Below, in pieces: positions 1-11,802 of a stretch of DNA of 64,000 bases. The stretch is from Clarias gariepinus (taxonomy: Eukaryota). The position numbers and the translations under genes are program-made. The first letter of the stretch is position 1. The number at the start of each line of letters is the position of its first letter. The DNA is taken from positions 2,444,274 through 2,508,273 of the forward strand of contig NC_071110.1 in NCBI RefSeq assembly GCF_024256425.1, read 5' to 3'. Under the pieces are notes generated by a model. It was not told the origin of the DNA, did no database searches, and saw nothing but the letters and a program-made list of their open reading frames with translations.

Positions 1-1002
1 TGTGTTAGTGATAATATATATATAAAAAAAGAAATTACACCAGAGGTGAGTGCATATGATGTGTTCAGCTGCCTCTGGGGCTCTTGGTTGGTCAGGTTGT
101 ATCCAGCAGCAGGTCATTTGAATGGGATCCATCAGGAATTAATTACTAGTGAAACTTGGTAATTGCTTGGCTTACATAGAGTAAATCAGTTGTCACCTTA
201 CTCACAAAGTACACTTTATTCACCAAGTACTGAATTAAATTATCTTCAAAGAGACTTATTCAGCAAACAAAAATCAAGTGCAATGCAAAAGATGTCTATG
301 TGACTTTCCCTGAATGAAGACTATTGGACAGTATCTGCAGACTGTTACAGTACAGAGGACACCAAGCACAGTATACTGGCTAGAATACTTAGGCAATTGA
401 GTTCTAAGCGCTGTACTTGGGGAAGGAGTGGATTTGTCAGAGTTGTCCTGCCTTCAGGAAACCTAAGTTCGCCCATGTACTGCATCACCTATTATGATTG
501 ACCTTTTTTATGGAACCGACTTCCTGTCGAGGTCCGCAACAGTCCAAGTCTCACAGTTTTTAAATCTCGTCTAAAAGCCTGTTTGTTTAGACAGGCTTTT
601 ATGTAATGCAGTTTTCTGTCTGTTTTGTTACTAAACCATTGTTCTTATATTTTGACTGTAAGGTGTCCTTGAGTGCCATGAAAGGTGCCATTAAATAAAA
701 AGTATTATTATTATTAATATTATTATTATTATTATCATCAAAGTAGCCAGGAGGAAAAATTTGCACAACTATGGGCAGTAGTAATGAAACCATGACCACA
801 GATATCTCCATGGAAAATATAACAATATCAGCACAAGGAGCAGCAAATAGCGCCATCTCACTGTTTATAGGAGAAGGAGCCGAGTCAAAGGACTTAGGAT
901 GACTATAGAAGAATATGAGGAGAAAGTTCAATAAGAAGAACTGAATCGAAAAGTAGAGGTGGAACTCCTAAGCAGGGTTTCAGACATATTATGGACAAAG
1001 CA

Positions 1003-1195
1003 TTACATTACATTAAATTTACAGTATTGGGGAGACATCCTTATCCAGAGCGACTTACATTTTATCTGATTATACATCTGAGCAGTTGAGGGTTAAGGGA
1101 CTTGCTCAAGGTCCCAACAGTGGCAACATGATGGTGGTGGTAGGGTTTGACACTGGGATCTCTAATCAGTAGTCCAGCTGATGTAGGCCTAGTAA
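1003..1195 (-). mobile_element. tRNA-derived SINE copy (older, diverged)
   Basis: Shares a conserved core (ttatccagagcgacttaca ... gggttaaggg.cttgctcaagg.cccaacagtggcaa) plus a tRNA-like head (gggtttga.c.tgggatct) with the copies at 19410-19602 and 24580-24767. The head reads on the minus strand. Confidence 0.6.
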
Positions 1196-1379
1196 GATTA
1201 ACAGGGGTTAGCATTTATACAAGTTAGGCCAACTACCCTATCAAAGACATTATCCCCTACCTCCTGCTAAGTTAAGAAGAAATAAAACCCATAAAAGAAG
1301 GATCAGTAGAACCAGGATCATTGATCCTTGTGAAAAGCCAGTGTACATCCTGATCTTTCCTGTCAGGTCACCCAATTCA

Positions 1380-2330
1380 AATGAGTGGAGACTTGTACAT
1401 GATGTAAGAACAGAAGACTAAGTGGTAGAGGTAGAGTTAACCATAGTACCAAATCCATACACCCTGCTGTCCAACATTCCAGAAGACACTAAGTGGTATA
1501 CAGTCATTGACCTTTGTTCAGCATTTTTCAGCATTCAGCATCATACATGCATACAGCATCACAACATCTGTTTGCCTTTGCTTGCACGGGGCAACAATAT
1601 ATCTATTTGAGACTTCCACAAGGATATTGTAAATGCCCTTTGGTGTTTAATTGCATCCTGGTACAAGGTTTGGTGGCAGTAGACAAAAATAGTATGCTCT
1701 AATGAGCCTGACGAGAAGGCAGTGCCTAAAAGGACTAGCTGAGAGAGCTAAAAACAATCATAAGATAAAAAAAGTAGAATATTTAGGCAGAGTGCTGGAA
1801 AAACTACTTGACACATCTCCTCAAATCACATAGAGGTAGTGCTAAAAGCTCCACAACCATAAATAGTAAAGAAATCCTGTCCATTTTAGGTATGATATTA
1901 TACAGTTTTAGACTAGTTATGTGATTTTGCACTAAAAAGCTTTTAAGAGCCATGATAAAAGATGCATTGGAAAACAAAAAGCAATGCACTGCTGACATGG
2001 ACCCCAGAAGCACTGGAAGCATTCGAGCTACTCAAACAGGATTTATGTATAGGTTTGATGTTAGTGAGTCCCCAGAACAGTAAATCATTCTATCTGTATG
2101 TTTCTAAAAAAAAATAATAATAAACAATATAATACGCAATGGCAGTAATAATGCTGCAGCAGTGACCCAGCAAACAACCAATTGCATATTATAGTACATC
2201 ACTTGAAGGTATTATCAGAGCTATGCCACCATGCTACCAGGGAATAGGCACAGCAGTGTTTGACTACCAAAAAGCTACAAGTAACTCAACCATGCTCAGC
2301 CCAATCGGCAAAAATAAAATTATTTACATT
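1380..2330 (+). pseudogene. Degenerate endogenous-retrovirus pol remnant (RT to RNase H region, frameshifted)
   Basis: Frameshifted translations show retroviral RT motifs: LTIVPNPYTLLSNIPEDTKWYTVIDLCSAFFSI; TGQQYIYLRLPQGYCKCPLVFN; LEAFELLKQDLCIGLMLVSPQNSKSFYLYVS. An RNase H-like stretch follows (PPCYQGIGTAV). There are several stops and frame changes. Confidence 0.5.
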
Positions 2331-3158
2331 GGCATATAAACTAATAAAGGATAAGTCTTGTACAGTATATAATAACTATAACTGTATAATAAGAAGTCTC
2401 CCATTTTTTTATTAGAGGATTGGTTTGACATCCCACAGATATCACAAAAGGTCAATCAGAACAAGAATGGCGTGAATCAATAATCTCTCCTAGAAATTTC
2501 AGGAGAGATTTCAAGGCTGGTAACACTGCAGCTGACCATAAGGTCCTCAAACTCAGAATCGGAGACCACAGCCGGTGTTTCAGAAAGAAAAAGGAAATTA
2601 GGAGAGAGACTAAGGAAGAGGGCTGAGAAATAGTACCAACTTCTGCAAAGAGTACAAAAGGACTACACAGTCAGGCAACTTCTCAGTTGGATTTTGACCT
2701 AAATCAATCTCTCAAACTCAGGTTTGGATAATTGTTGCAATAAATTCGGCTTTACTTTAAACAGATCAACTAATTTAAGACCCATTTCCATATGCTTTAC
2801 ATTAGTTTGTTTTCTATTATGATTAATGAATCAAGTGCAGTGGTATCTCACATATGAATTTATTCAGTTCTTAAGGAGTAATTTTGTATTGTGAAACGTA
2901 TTTCCCCATATGACATTATTTAAAAGGAGATCCATTCCAGCCACCCAAAAATATTACCAATGTTACCAATTTTCAACCCCATAATAATAACATTTTTGCA
3001 TATAAAAAATAGTAACATTTAGGAAAATATTAAATAAATAGACAGTAAACTTGACTTAACCTGAATTTATGATTCCTCTTGGCAACGGCTGCTTTAAAAA
3101 TTAAACTGAAAGTGGCTACTCTTTGTTCTTGCTATCGTTCTAAATAACATTCTTGGGA

Positions 3159-4797
3159 TCCATGGTGCTACAGTGGTGTGAAAAACTATTTGCCCCCTTC
3201 CTGATTTCTTATTCTTTTGCATGTTTGTCACACAAAATGTTTCTGCTCATCAAAAACCGTTAACTATTAGTCAAAGATAACATAATTGAACACAAAATGC
3301 AGTTTTTAAATGAAGATTTACGTTATTAAGGGAGAAAAAAAACTCCAAATCTACATGGCCCTGTGTGAAAAAGTGATTGCCCCCTTGTTAAAAAATACCT
3401 TAACTGTGGTTTATTACACCTGAGTTCAATTTCTGTAGTCACCCCCAGGCCTGATTACTGCCACACCTGTTTCAATCAAGAAATCACTTAAATAGGAGCT
3501 ACCTGACACAGAGAAGTAGACCAAAAGCACCTCAAAAGCTAAACATCATGCCAAGATCCAAAGAAATTCAGGAACAAATGAGAACAAAAGTAATTAAGAT
3601 CTATCAGTCTGGTAAAGGTTATAAAGCCATTTCTAAAGCTTTGGGACTCCAGCGAACCACAGTGAGAGCCATTATCCACAAATGGCAAAAACATGGAACA
3701 GTGGTGAACCTTCCCAGGAGTGACCGGCCGACCAAAATTACCCCAAGAGCGCAGAGACAACTCATCCGAGAGGCCACAAAAGACCCCAGGACAACATCTA
3801 AAGAACTGCAGGCCTCACTTGCCTCAATTAAGGTCAGTGTTCACGACTCCACCATAAGAAAGAGACTGGGCAAAAACGGCCTGCATGGGAGATTTCCAAG
3901 GCGCAAACCACTTTTAAGCAAAAAGAACATTAAGGCTCGTCTCAATTTTGCTAAAAAACATCTCAATGATTGCCAAGACTTTTGGGAAAATACCTTGTGG
4001 ACCGACGAGACAAAAGTTGAACTTTTTGGAGGGTGCGTGTCCCGTTACATCTGGCGTAAAAGGAACACAGCATTTCAGAAAAAGAATATCATACCAACAG
4101 TAAAATATGATGGTGGTAGTGTGATGGTCTGGGGTTGTTTTGCTGCTTCAGGACCTGAAAGGCTTGCTGTGATAGATGGAACCATGAATTCTACTGTCTA
4201 CCAAAAAATCCTGAAGGAGAATGTCCGGCCATCTGTTCGTCAACTCAAGCTGAAGCGATCTTGGGTGCTGCAGCAGGACAATGACCCAAAACACACCAGC
4301 AAATCCACCTCTGAATGGCTGAAGAAAAACAAAATGAAGACTTTGGAGTGGCCTAGTCAAAGTCCTGACCTGAATCCTATTGAGATGTTGTGGCATGACC
4401 CTAAAAAGGTGGTTCATGCTAGAAAACCTTTAAATGAAGCTGAATTACAACAATTCTGCAAAGATGAGTGGGCCAAAATTCCTCCAGAGTGCTGTAAAAG
4501 ACTCGTTGCAAGTTATTGCAAACGCTTGATTGCAGTTATTGCTGCTAAGGGTTGCTGCAACCAGTTATTAGGTTCAGGGGCAATTACTTTTTCACACAGG
4601 GCCATTTAGGTTTGGAGTTTTTTTTCTCCCTAAATAATAAAAACCATCATTTAAAAACTGCATTTTGTGTTTACTTGTGTTATCTTTGACTAATAGTTAA
4701 ATGTGTTTGATGATCAGAAACATTTTGTGTGACAAACATGCACAAGAATAAGAAATCAGGAAGGGGGCAAATAGTTTTTCACACCACTGTATGGCAC
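3159..4797 (+). mobile_element. Tc1-like DNA transposon, apparently complete, with IR/DR-type long terminal inverted repeats and TA flanks
   Basis: Left end ta|cagtggtgtgaaaaactatttgccccc (3159-). Right end gggggcaaatagtttttcacaccactg|ta (to 4797). Inverted repeats of about 230 bp each (3159-3388 and about 4565-4797) contain an internal direct repeat copy (ctgtgtgaaaaagtgattgccccc at about 3361). Confidence 0.85.
3548..4609 (+). CDS. Tc1/mariner DDE transposase, 353 aa, uninterrupted ORF
   Basis: N-terminal paired-like/HTH region (IYQSGKGYKAISKALGLQRTTVRAIIHKWQKHGT). Catalytic DD(34)E signature: WTDETKVELFG ... QQDNDPKHTS ... WPSQSPDLNPIEMLW. No internal stops. Confidence 0.9.
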   Translation: MPRSKEIQEQMRTKVIKIYQSGKGYKAISKALGLQRTTVRAIIHKWQKHGTVVNLPRSDRPTKITPRAQRQLIREATKDPRTTSKELQASLASIKVSVHDSTIRKRLGKNGLHGRFPRRKPLLSKKNIKARLNFAKKHLNDCQDFWENTLWTDETKVELFGGCVSRYIWRKRNTAFQKKNIIPTVKYDGGSVMVWGCFAASGPERLAVIDGTMNSTVYQKILKENVRPSVRQLKLKRSWVLQQDNDPKHTSKSTSEWLKKNKMKTLEWPSQSPDLNPIEMLWHDPKKVVHARKPLNEAELQQFCKDEWAKIPPECCKRLVASYCKRLIAVIAAKGCCNQLLGSGAITFSHRAI

Positions 4798-4984
4798 TAA
4801 ATCTTGCACAAAATGCAAAATGCAAAAAAAAAAAAACACTAAAAATGTAAACTTGCTTCGCTTGGCTTTCCACTGATGCAAACAAGTTGTATGTGCAACT
4901 TTGCTGGAGTTCAGTTCAGTTTGTTTTTATCCGCTTGTATGCCCAAAATGCTTTGTATGCTAGGGCAAATTTCTTGCAAAATTA

Positions 4985-5078
4985 GCAAAAAAGCAGAAAT
5001 TCTTAAGGCTGTTCATTTTCTTAAGGCTGTTCATTTTCTTAAGACTGTTCATTTTCGTAAGGCTGTTCATTTTCAGAG
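4985..5078. repeat. Minisatellite, about 4.5 copies of a 19-bp unit (aaggctgttcattttctta)
   Basis: Direct tandem copies seen in the sequence, each followed by a variant. Confidence 0.8.
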
Positions 5079-5421
5079 GTAATACTGTATTAGTTAATTA
5101 TTTCCCACAACGTGTTCTAGAAAACATTTGCCAGAATTAGTGTATCAAGCACAGACTTGATCCTATGCACCTGGCTAATGCGACATAGAGCAGGTGATTA
5201 TTCCCCTCAAGCCGCATCTAATTCCTCTGCTCCTCGGGCCTATATGGTTCTTTGCTCTCCACAAACAAGGGGGTGCTGAAGTGACGCCATCCATTCAGCA
5301 CTGCGGCAGATGATGAGTCAGGTTTTTTATTTATTATGTAGGCTGCTGTCCTGCCATCACAATGTTTCATGTTTAAAGAACTGAAAATAATAAATCTCTG
5401 TCTCTGTGTCATTTTCTATAG

Positions 5422-5521
5422 GACGGTCCACCTGACCGCCCACTCCAACAGGATAACAGGATTTGATGTCAGCTCAGACAGGAAGCACTTGTCTACTGTG
5501 TCCTTAGACTTCACTCTGAAG
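5422..5521 (+). CDS. WD40-repeat gene exon (coordinates approximate)
   Basis: Acceptor tctatag| and donor |gttaga. Encodes RTVHLTAHSNRITGFDVSSDRKHLSTVSLDFTLK. Confidence 0.6.
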
Positions 5522-5559
5522 GTTAGAATTGCTCAGATTTAAAGTTTCTTGTATAGCGT

Positions 5560-5568
5560 AAACATATG

Positions 5569-5632
<64 letters not shown>
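5560..5632. repeat. (TA)n microsatellite, about 36 units
   Basis: Perfect TA dinucleotide run. Confidence 0.95.
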
Positions 5633-5633
<1 letters not shown>

Positions 5634-5644
5634 CTTATGTGTAG

Positions 5645-5800
5645 GTGTGGTCCTCACGTACGGGGAAGCAGGAGGCATCTCTGGAGAACCCCTGCCCTCT
5701 AAACTGTGTGAACTTTGACCCTGAGGGAAGTCTGGTGGCGGTGGGTTGCTGGGACGGAGCAGTGCGAGTGTGGGACTGGATCAAACAGGAGAACTGCATG
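5645..5800 (+). CDS. WD40-repeat gene exon
   Basis: Acceptor tgtag| and donor catg|gtaaga. Encodes ...FDPEGSLVAVGCWDGAVRVWDW..., a classic WD motif. Confidence 0.7.
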
Positions 5801-6248
5801 GTAAGAAGGAAACAGGAAGTGAAGTAATGATTTTGGATATTGGAGTCCTGTTTATCAACGACATGTTACTCTCTCTCACTCTACTCTATCTTTCTATCTA
5901 TCTTCTCACTTATATTCTATCCCTTTATTCTGCATAAAAGTTCCTTCTGTTTGTTTTTATCTCTTTTTTTATTCTCCTTTTTCCCCTAATATCACTTTTT
6001 TCTTATGCCATATCACCCGTTTCTCTTCTTTTCCTTCTTTTAATCTTTTTGTACCCTTTAATTCTGTTTATCACTTTCATTCATTCTCTTTATATCTTTC
6101 TATCTCATAATCGGTTTCACTTTCTCGCTCTTTTGTCTGCATATTTTCTTTTCCATTTGCTGTTGTTCTTGATCTGTACTGTTTTCTTCTCTTTTTTACC
6201 ACCTCTATATCCTGTTCTCACCTTTTCACTTTTTTCCCTCCCCTACAG

Positions 6249-6478
6249 ACTCTGTCAGGCCACCAGTGCTCAGTACGCAGTGTGTCATTCTCTCCGTCCT
6301 CCTCTCTCTCTCTCCTCTGTTCGGGGGCATTGGATAGAGAGATGAGGTTGTGGTCGGTTCCCGGCGCATCCTGTGTGTGGCGCCTTCATGCTCACCACAG
6401 CTCCACAGAGGCGCTTCACTTCCTCGGTGATGGAGATTCACTGCTCAGCGCTGGACATGATGGCATGGCAAGGACACA
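6249..6478 (+). CDS. WD40-repeat gene exon (3' boundary uncertain)
   Basis: Acceptor ccctacag|. Encodes LSGHQCSVRSVSFSP...REMRLWSV...LLSAGHDGMA. No clean GT donor is seen; the exon runs into a (CA)n tract. Confidence 0.5.
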
Positions 6479-6625
6479 CACATACACACACACCTCACCT
6501 GCTGGCATACACACAAACATACACACACACACATATAGAAAGGTTTTATAATTTTTTAATAAAATATATATTTTATAATCATATATATTTTATCAATTAT
6601 ATATGTTTGTGTGTATGTGTGTTAG

Positions 6626-6682
6626 GTCCAGCTGTGGTCTGGAGGTCTTGGGCGCTCAGTTTCCATGTTGGGGGAAGAAAAG
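6626..6682 (+). CDS. WD40-repeat gene micro-exon
   Basis: Acceptor gttag| and donor aaag|gtattt. Encodes VQLWSGGLGRSVSMLGEEK. Confidence 0.5.
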
Positions 6683-7189
6683 GTATTTTAGGTCTTAATG
6701 AGTGAAAATACTCAGTGTCCAGGAGCAAGATGAGCTCAGAGTCTCCTGTCTGTCTCCCTGTCTGTCTCTCTTTCTGTCTCCCTGTCTGTCTCTCTGTCTG
6801 TCTCCCTGTCTGTCTGTTTTTGTCATTTATATGCTTGTTAGTTTGTTGATGGGCTGTATGGTGGTGTAGTCGGCATTGTCGCCAGGGTCCGTGTTCAATG
6901 CCTGGCTAATTCTGCCTCTGTGTGCATGGAGTTTGCAATTGAAATTGCCTGTAGTGTGTGAGTGTGTGTATGTGTGTGCCCTGCGATGAATTGGCACCCC
7001 TGTCCAGTGTGTACCACGTCTTGTGCCCTATGTCTCCTGGGATAGGCTCCAGGCCTCCCGCGACCCTGAATACAGGATTAAGCATAATAGACAGTGAGTG
7101 ATTGAGAGTGAGTGAGTCTGTTGATGTTTTTTAGGAGGTGGTCATAATGATAATGATCATAAGGATGATGAAGAACTTCTCCATTACAG

Positions 7190-7322
7190 AAGCTGTTGAA
7201 ATCCTCAGAGGCCAGACAGGAGGTGGTGTCTGAAGCTGCTGCTCTCTGTGTGGCTGTGAACGGTCACTATGTCGCTGTGGGTTATCATGGAAATGGGCTT
7301 AAAATCTACAACGGAGACTCGG
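7190..7322 (+). CDS. WD40-repeat gene exon
   Basis: Acceptor cattacag| and donor tcgg|gtacaa. Encodes ...CVAVNGHYVAVGYHGNGLKIYNGDS. Confidence 0.6.
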
Positions 7323-7510
7323 GTACAATTAAACGTCATCCGTAAACTATCCTAGTGTTTTATATAAGTGAATTATTTACACTTGAAACATTTTTGTCTG
7401 TCAAGCTGTAACCTATTCATATAAAGCTACAAGGCTTCGGTTTATTTTATAGATGAGTTTTAATTGATTGTAGTAGATTTGATGTATTTATTTAGGACGT
7501 GTGTGTTGTA

Positions 7511-7742
7511 GGGAGCTGTGTGTGGTCCACTGAGGACCTGCGTGTGTCTATGCTGTGTGTGCTCTGGCTGAAGACTGCAGCAGATGATCTCTTGCTTTCT
7601 GGAGGGTTAGATCAGCGCCTGCGTCTGTGGAGGAAGCGGAGAGGACACAAGGACACAATAACTCTTGCAGGAGTCTTTGGTGTCCAGAAGGGTGCTGTTC
7701 TCGCTCTGAACCAGAACATTACTTATGTAGCCTCCGCGTCGG
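7511..7742 (+). CDS. WD40-repeat gene exon
   Basis: Acceptor ttgtag| and donor cgg|gtcagt. Encodes ...LLLSGGLDQRLRLWRKRRGHKDTITLAGVFGVQKGAVLALNQNITYVASAS. Confidence 0.6.
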
Positions 7743-7923
7743 GTCAGTACGACAAACTGTCTCAAAGCTGTTATAGCTGCTATGACTAATGTGTCACAAT
7801 ATTAAATGTAACTGTAAATTGTAATTTTTTACACTTTGTGTTGTTGTTTTTACTTCAAGGTAATTTTATTACATCACTCTTGTTAAAGCTCACTGGTTTT
7901 AATCCTGTGTTTGACCACTCAGA

Positions 7924-8080
7924 TGACTTTACCATCGCATTGTGGTTGAAGAGGGATTTGACTTCTGACCCCTGGGCTGAACCAAGAGCAGTATGTGTCC
8001 TGAGGGGTCACAGTGGAGGGGTCACATGTTTGGCCTTCAGTCCAAAAGGAGATCAGCTGCTTTCAGGAGGAAAAGACACG
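7924..8080 (+). CDS. WD40-repeat gene exon
   Basis: Acceptor ccactcag| and donor acacg|gtacac. Encodes DDFTIALW...VLRGHSGGVTCLAFSPKGDQLLSGGKDT. Confidence 0.7.
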
Positions 8081-8743
8081 GTACACAAAACACCAACCAG
8101 AACACACTGATTTTCTGTAAGAACACACAAAAATTTTATTCATAAGGTGATTATCATGTAATGGGTGCGACCCTTTTTGCATGGGCGGCACCATAAAGCA
8201 CAGACACGAGGTGAGGTCTTATGGGGAAAAGGGTAATTTAAGGAAAATTGAAAAGGAAAGGGTTAAAGGAGGGACGATAGAAAGATAGGGAAGGAATGAT
8301 CTGTGGGCGGTGCTCCGCTGGCATGCAGGCACAGCTTGGTGAGCGGTGGCATCGGACAGAATGGCAGCATGGGCCCACATGAACAGCATTTCCTGCACAG
8401 TTCGCTTGTGCTGGCTCTGCTTTTAGGGGATGGGCCATCTACCTAGTAAGCTTTGGAGTGAGCAAGGAGCGATATTAGATTTGGGCGCTGCCCATCACAG
8501 GCGCACGCAGTGACAATTAGTAGGCTTTGTTGAAAATGTGTTTCCACCCAGGAGTTGATTAGTTTCCTATAACAGCACATGTCCAAGTGTTTTCCCACTT
8601 TTGCCAACAATTGTTATGTTTATTAAAGAATGTCATTATATATATTTTTTCGCTATATAAAGCTCTCTTTGCAAGACATGGTTCTTAGTGGGATGTCTCT
8701 AATAGCAAGCATGACATTCTGACCTATGCGGTACTTTAGAACT

Positions 8744-9644
8744 TTAAAGCAGAGGTGACCAGCGTGAGAGAGCATCTGGCTTGGTGTTTTTTAACCCTGG
8801 CTGATAGAAGAGGATGAAACTAAATCTTGAGAAAAATAATGACCATCTGGCTTGACAAGCATTTAGCCTCTTGCCAGTTGGTAAACACTTAAGGTTCCTG
8901 TGGCTGGTCCAAACCAGGAACGGGATCTCAGCCCCTTCCAGCCAGTCCCTCCAGTCCTCCAAGGCCAACTTAATAGCTAGAAGTTCTGGGTCACCAATAT
9001 TGTAATTTATTTCTGCTAGGGATAGGTTATGTGTAAAACACAAACAGGTATGCAGTTTGTTGTCCTGGGATGGGATGGGGATCGTGAGGATAGGAGCGGA
9101 TGTGAACCTTCTCTTGAGATATGTGAATGCCTTTTCTTTTTGTCTTTTCCAATGAAAGTGGGTTTTGATGGAGGTCAGAAATATTCCTGAGAGGTACTTC
9201 TTAATGAAGACAGTGATGAAAGATTGCAAAGACCAGGAAGTTCTGGAGATCTCATTTTAAGGCTGGGGTCAGCCATTTAGTGATGATTACGACTGGATGA
9301 GGAATGTCGTGGATGTCTTGTGAAAGTTGCACATCCAAGCCTTGGCATGCAAATTACTTTCAAGAAGTCTTCGGAGAACCTAACAAACATTAAGACAATA
9401 CTCCTCCAGGCTGTGAGAAGAGATAAGGATGTGGTCCAGATGGACCCCGGAGGAGCTGAAAAAGCTGTTGCCACGAGTGAAAAGTAGCTAGAGGTTCTTC
9501 AGTCATTTTATTCAGCCCTAAATAATTAATACAGAGAGAAAGGGATCCATCTGGTTGGCAGAAACCCTTAAAGCTAGTGAGGAGGTTTGATGTGTAATAG
9601 ATTGTAGTGAACTCCCATCGAGGGCTTGGGCTATCCTTCAGCAT
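8744..9644 (-). pseudogene. Degraded Ty3/gypsy pol remnant (RNase H/RT fragments)
   Basis: ORF 8744-9229(-) shows ...INYNIGDPELLAIKLALEDWRDWLEGAEIPFLVWTSHRNLKCL...ARWSLFFSRFSFILFYQPGLKNTKPDALSR. This is collinear with the RNase H region of the gypsy element at 50753-52222. Further fragments lie up to about 9644. Confidence 0.55.
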
Positions 9645-9844
9645 GTGTATGTTTTTTCCTGCAGTAAAAACATTCTTGTTGAATTCAACAGCATTACTTT
9701 TCCTCTGAAGAGATGCATGTTCTGTCCAGCTGCATGGGCTCTTCTTGATTGTTCTGATGTTGAGGAGGAGGCAAGTGTGTTCTCTTGGGGGATGTCTTTA
9801 TTGCCTGCCATTTTAAATGTAGGCACAAATCAACCGGACCAATT

Positions 9845-9935
9845 AAGTCTATGAGTCTGTAAAGGGTCTTTAAAAGGTCCATGAGTTCGTGAAGGGTCTT
9901 TAAAGGTCCATGTGTCTGTAAAGGTACTTAAAACT
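9845..9935. repeat. Short tandem repeat with a unit of about 30 bp (ggtctttaaaaggtccatgagt.cgt.aag), about 3 copies
   Basis: Direct repeats visible in the sequence. Confidence 0.6.
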
Positions 9936-10653
9936 GGTCTTGTAATGTCAGACAAGGGCGGTCATTCCAACCACTTAAATCTGCTAGGATCTGAAACTTG
10001 ATAACGTAATCGTAGGTTGAACGAGGTCCTTGGGTCTCGTCTTAGCACCTTGGTCTACACCTCCCTATCAAAACAGGATTAGTTGGAAACCCTCTTCCTT
10101 GAAGAATAGAGAATTCCTTGAAGCTGGTGCAGCAAGAGTCATGAGCATCCCAAGGTGAGGTGCTCCACTTCGTGGCCCTTCCCGTTAGGTGAAGTGAAGA
10201 CAGGGAATACTAGGAGAGAAGGAGCAACATGTGCCCAGCTCCCCCATGCATTGGTTTTGCCAGTAGGACTCCTGTTGGAGGTGTTTGCACCAGGTGCAAG
10301 TGCTTCTTGAAGTTGTTGCAATTGGGCTGTGATGTCAGCAAATGCCTGCTGTGTCATGTGGAGCTTTTGCTGATGTGCTCCAAGGAATAGCGCCTTGGTT
10401 TTTTAAGGCCGATCATCTGGTCAAACTCTGTCAGGGAGAGAGAGGAAATATAGGAGGCATGGGAGATCAGATCAAAAAAAGCATGACAATGTGGGAACAT
10501 TCAAGGAGTGCTTCAAGGAGGTGACTTGGCCAAAAATGGGGTCATGTGAGGCTAGAGTGGTGCACTGGTAGAATGAATAGAATGTTTTAAGTGCTAGCAT
10601 TCTTTTATGTTGCACATTTTATCATATATTTAACAGTGCTGTGTTTGTGTCAG

Positions 10654-10761
10654 GCTCTGAATGTGTGGAATATAAACTCCTCGCCTCCGTCTCTCTCCTG
10701 CGCTTTACCGCACTGTCATGGAGACTGGATCACCGGATGCGCTTGGACTCCTTCTGCCGTG
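10654..10761 (+). CDS. WD40-repeat gene exon
   Basis: Acceptor gtgtcag| and donor ccgtg|gtgagt. Encodes ALNVWNINSSPPSLSCALPHCHGDWITGCAWTPSAV. Confidence 0.6.
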
Positions 10762-11348
10762 GTGAGTGTGTGAGGAGTTACAGATATTTCTTGTGAAATT
10801 TAACAATTGTACAACACAAATGTACTGTACATTGAGCTCCAGACGTATTGGCACCTTTTACAAAATTACTCTATGTAAATCATAACATACAGAGTGCACT
10901 TTATTATTGATTATAATGCATTTAACCCATGGATAAGCAGCTACTAAACAGTGTATTTATAAAGTGGTGTGTGGTTAAGCTTTACAGTGCATTCAGAAAG
11001 TATTCACAGTGCATCACTTTTTCCACATTTTGTTATGTCACAGCCTTATTCTAAAATAGATTAAATTCATTTTTTTCTTAGAATTCTACACACAACACCC
11101 CATAATGACAATGTGAAAACAGTTTACTTAAGATTTTTGCAAATTGATTAGAAATTTAAAAATTGAGTATAGTATTCACAGCCTTTGCCATGACGCTCAA
11201 AATTGAGCTCAGGCGTGTCCTATTTCTCCGATTATCCTTGAGATGTTTCTGCAGCTTAATTGGAGTCCACTTGTGGTAAATTCAGTTGATTTGACATGAT
11301 TTGGAAAGACACACACCTGTCTATATAAGGACCCACAGTTGACAGTTC

Positions 11349-11783
11349 ATGTCAGAGCACAAACCAAGCATGAAGTCAAAGGAATTGTCTGTAGACCTCC
11401 GAGACAGGATTGTCTCCAGGCACAAATCTGGGGAAGGTTACAGAAAAATTTCTGCTGCTTTGAAGGTCCCAATGAGCACAGTGGCCTCCATCACCCGTAA
11501 GTGGAAGAAGTTCGAAACCACCAGGACTCTTCCTAGAGCCGGCCGGCCATCTAAACTGAGCGATCGGGGAAGAAGGGCCTTAGTCAGGGAGGTGACCAAG
11601 AACCTGATGGTCACTCTGTCAGAGCTCCAGAGGTGGACCTTCCAGAAGGACAACAATGTCTGCAGCAATCCACCAATCAGGCCTACTGTATATAGTAGAG
11701 TAGCCAGAAGGAAGCCACACCTTAGTAATAGGCACATGGCAGACCTCCTGGAGTTTGCCAAAAGGCACATGAAGGACTCTTAG
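11349..11783 (+). CDS. Truncated Tc1-like transposase N-terminus (DNA-binding domain only, 144 aa), interrupted by the DIRS insertion
   Basis: KELSVDLRDRIVSRHKSGEGYRKISAALKVPMSTVASITRKWKKFETTRTLPRAGRPSKLSDRGRRALVREVTKN... is the typical Tc1 paired-like domain. No DDE domain follows. Confidence 0.7.
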   Translation: MSEHKPSMKSKELSVDLRDRIVSRHKSGEGYRKISAALKVPMSTVASITRKWKKFETTRTLPRAGRPSKLSDRGRRALVREVTKNLMVTLSELQRWTFQKDNNVCSNPPIRPTVYSRVARRKPHLSNRHMADLLEFAKRHMKDS

Positions 11784-11802
11784 ACCACGAGAAACGAATG
11801 GT

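Noticed and set aside
6049-6345. 98-aa ORF in a CT-rich region
   Set aside because: It is pyrimidine-tract intron sequence immediately upstream of a WD exon acceptor. It is open by low complexity only.
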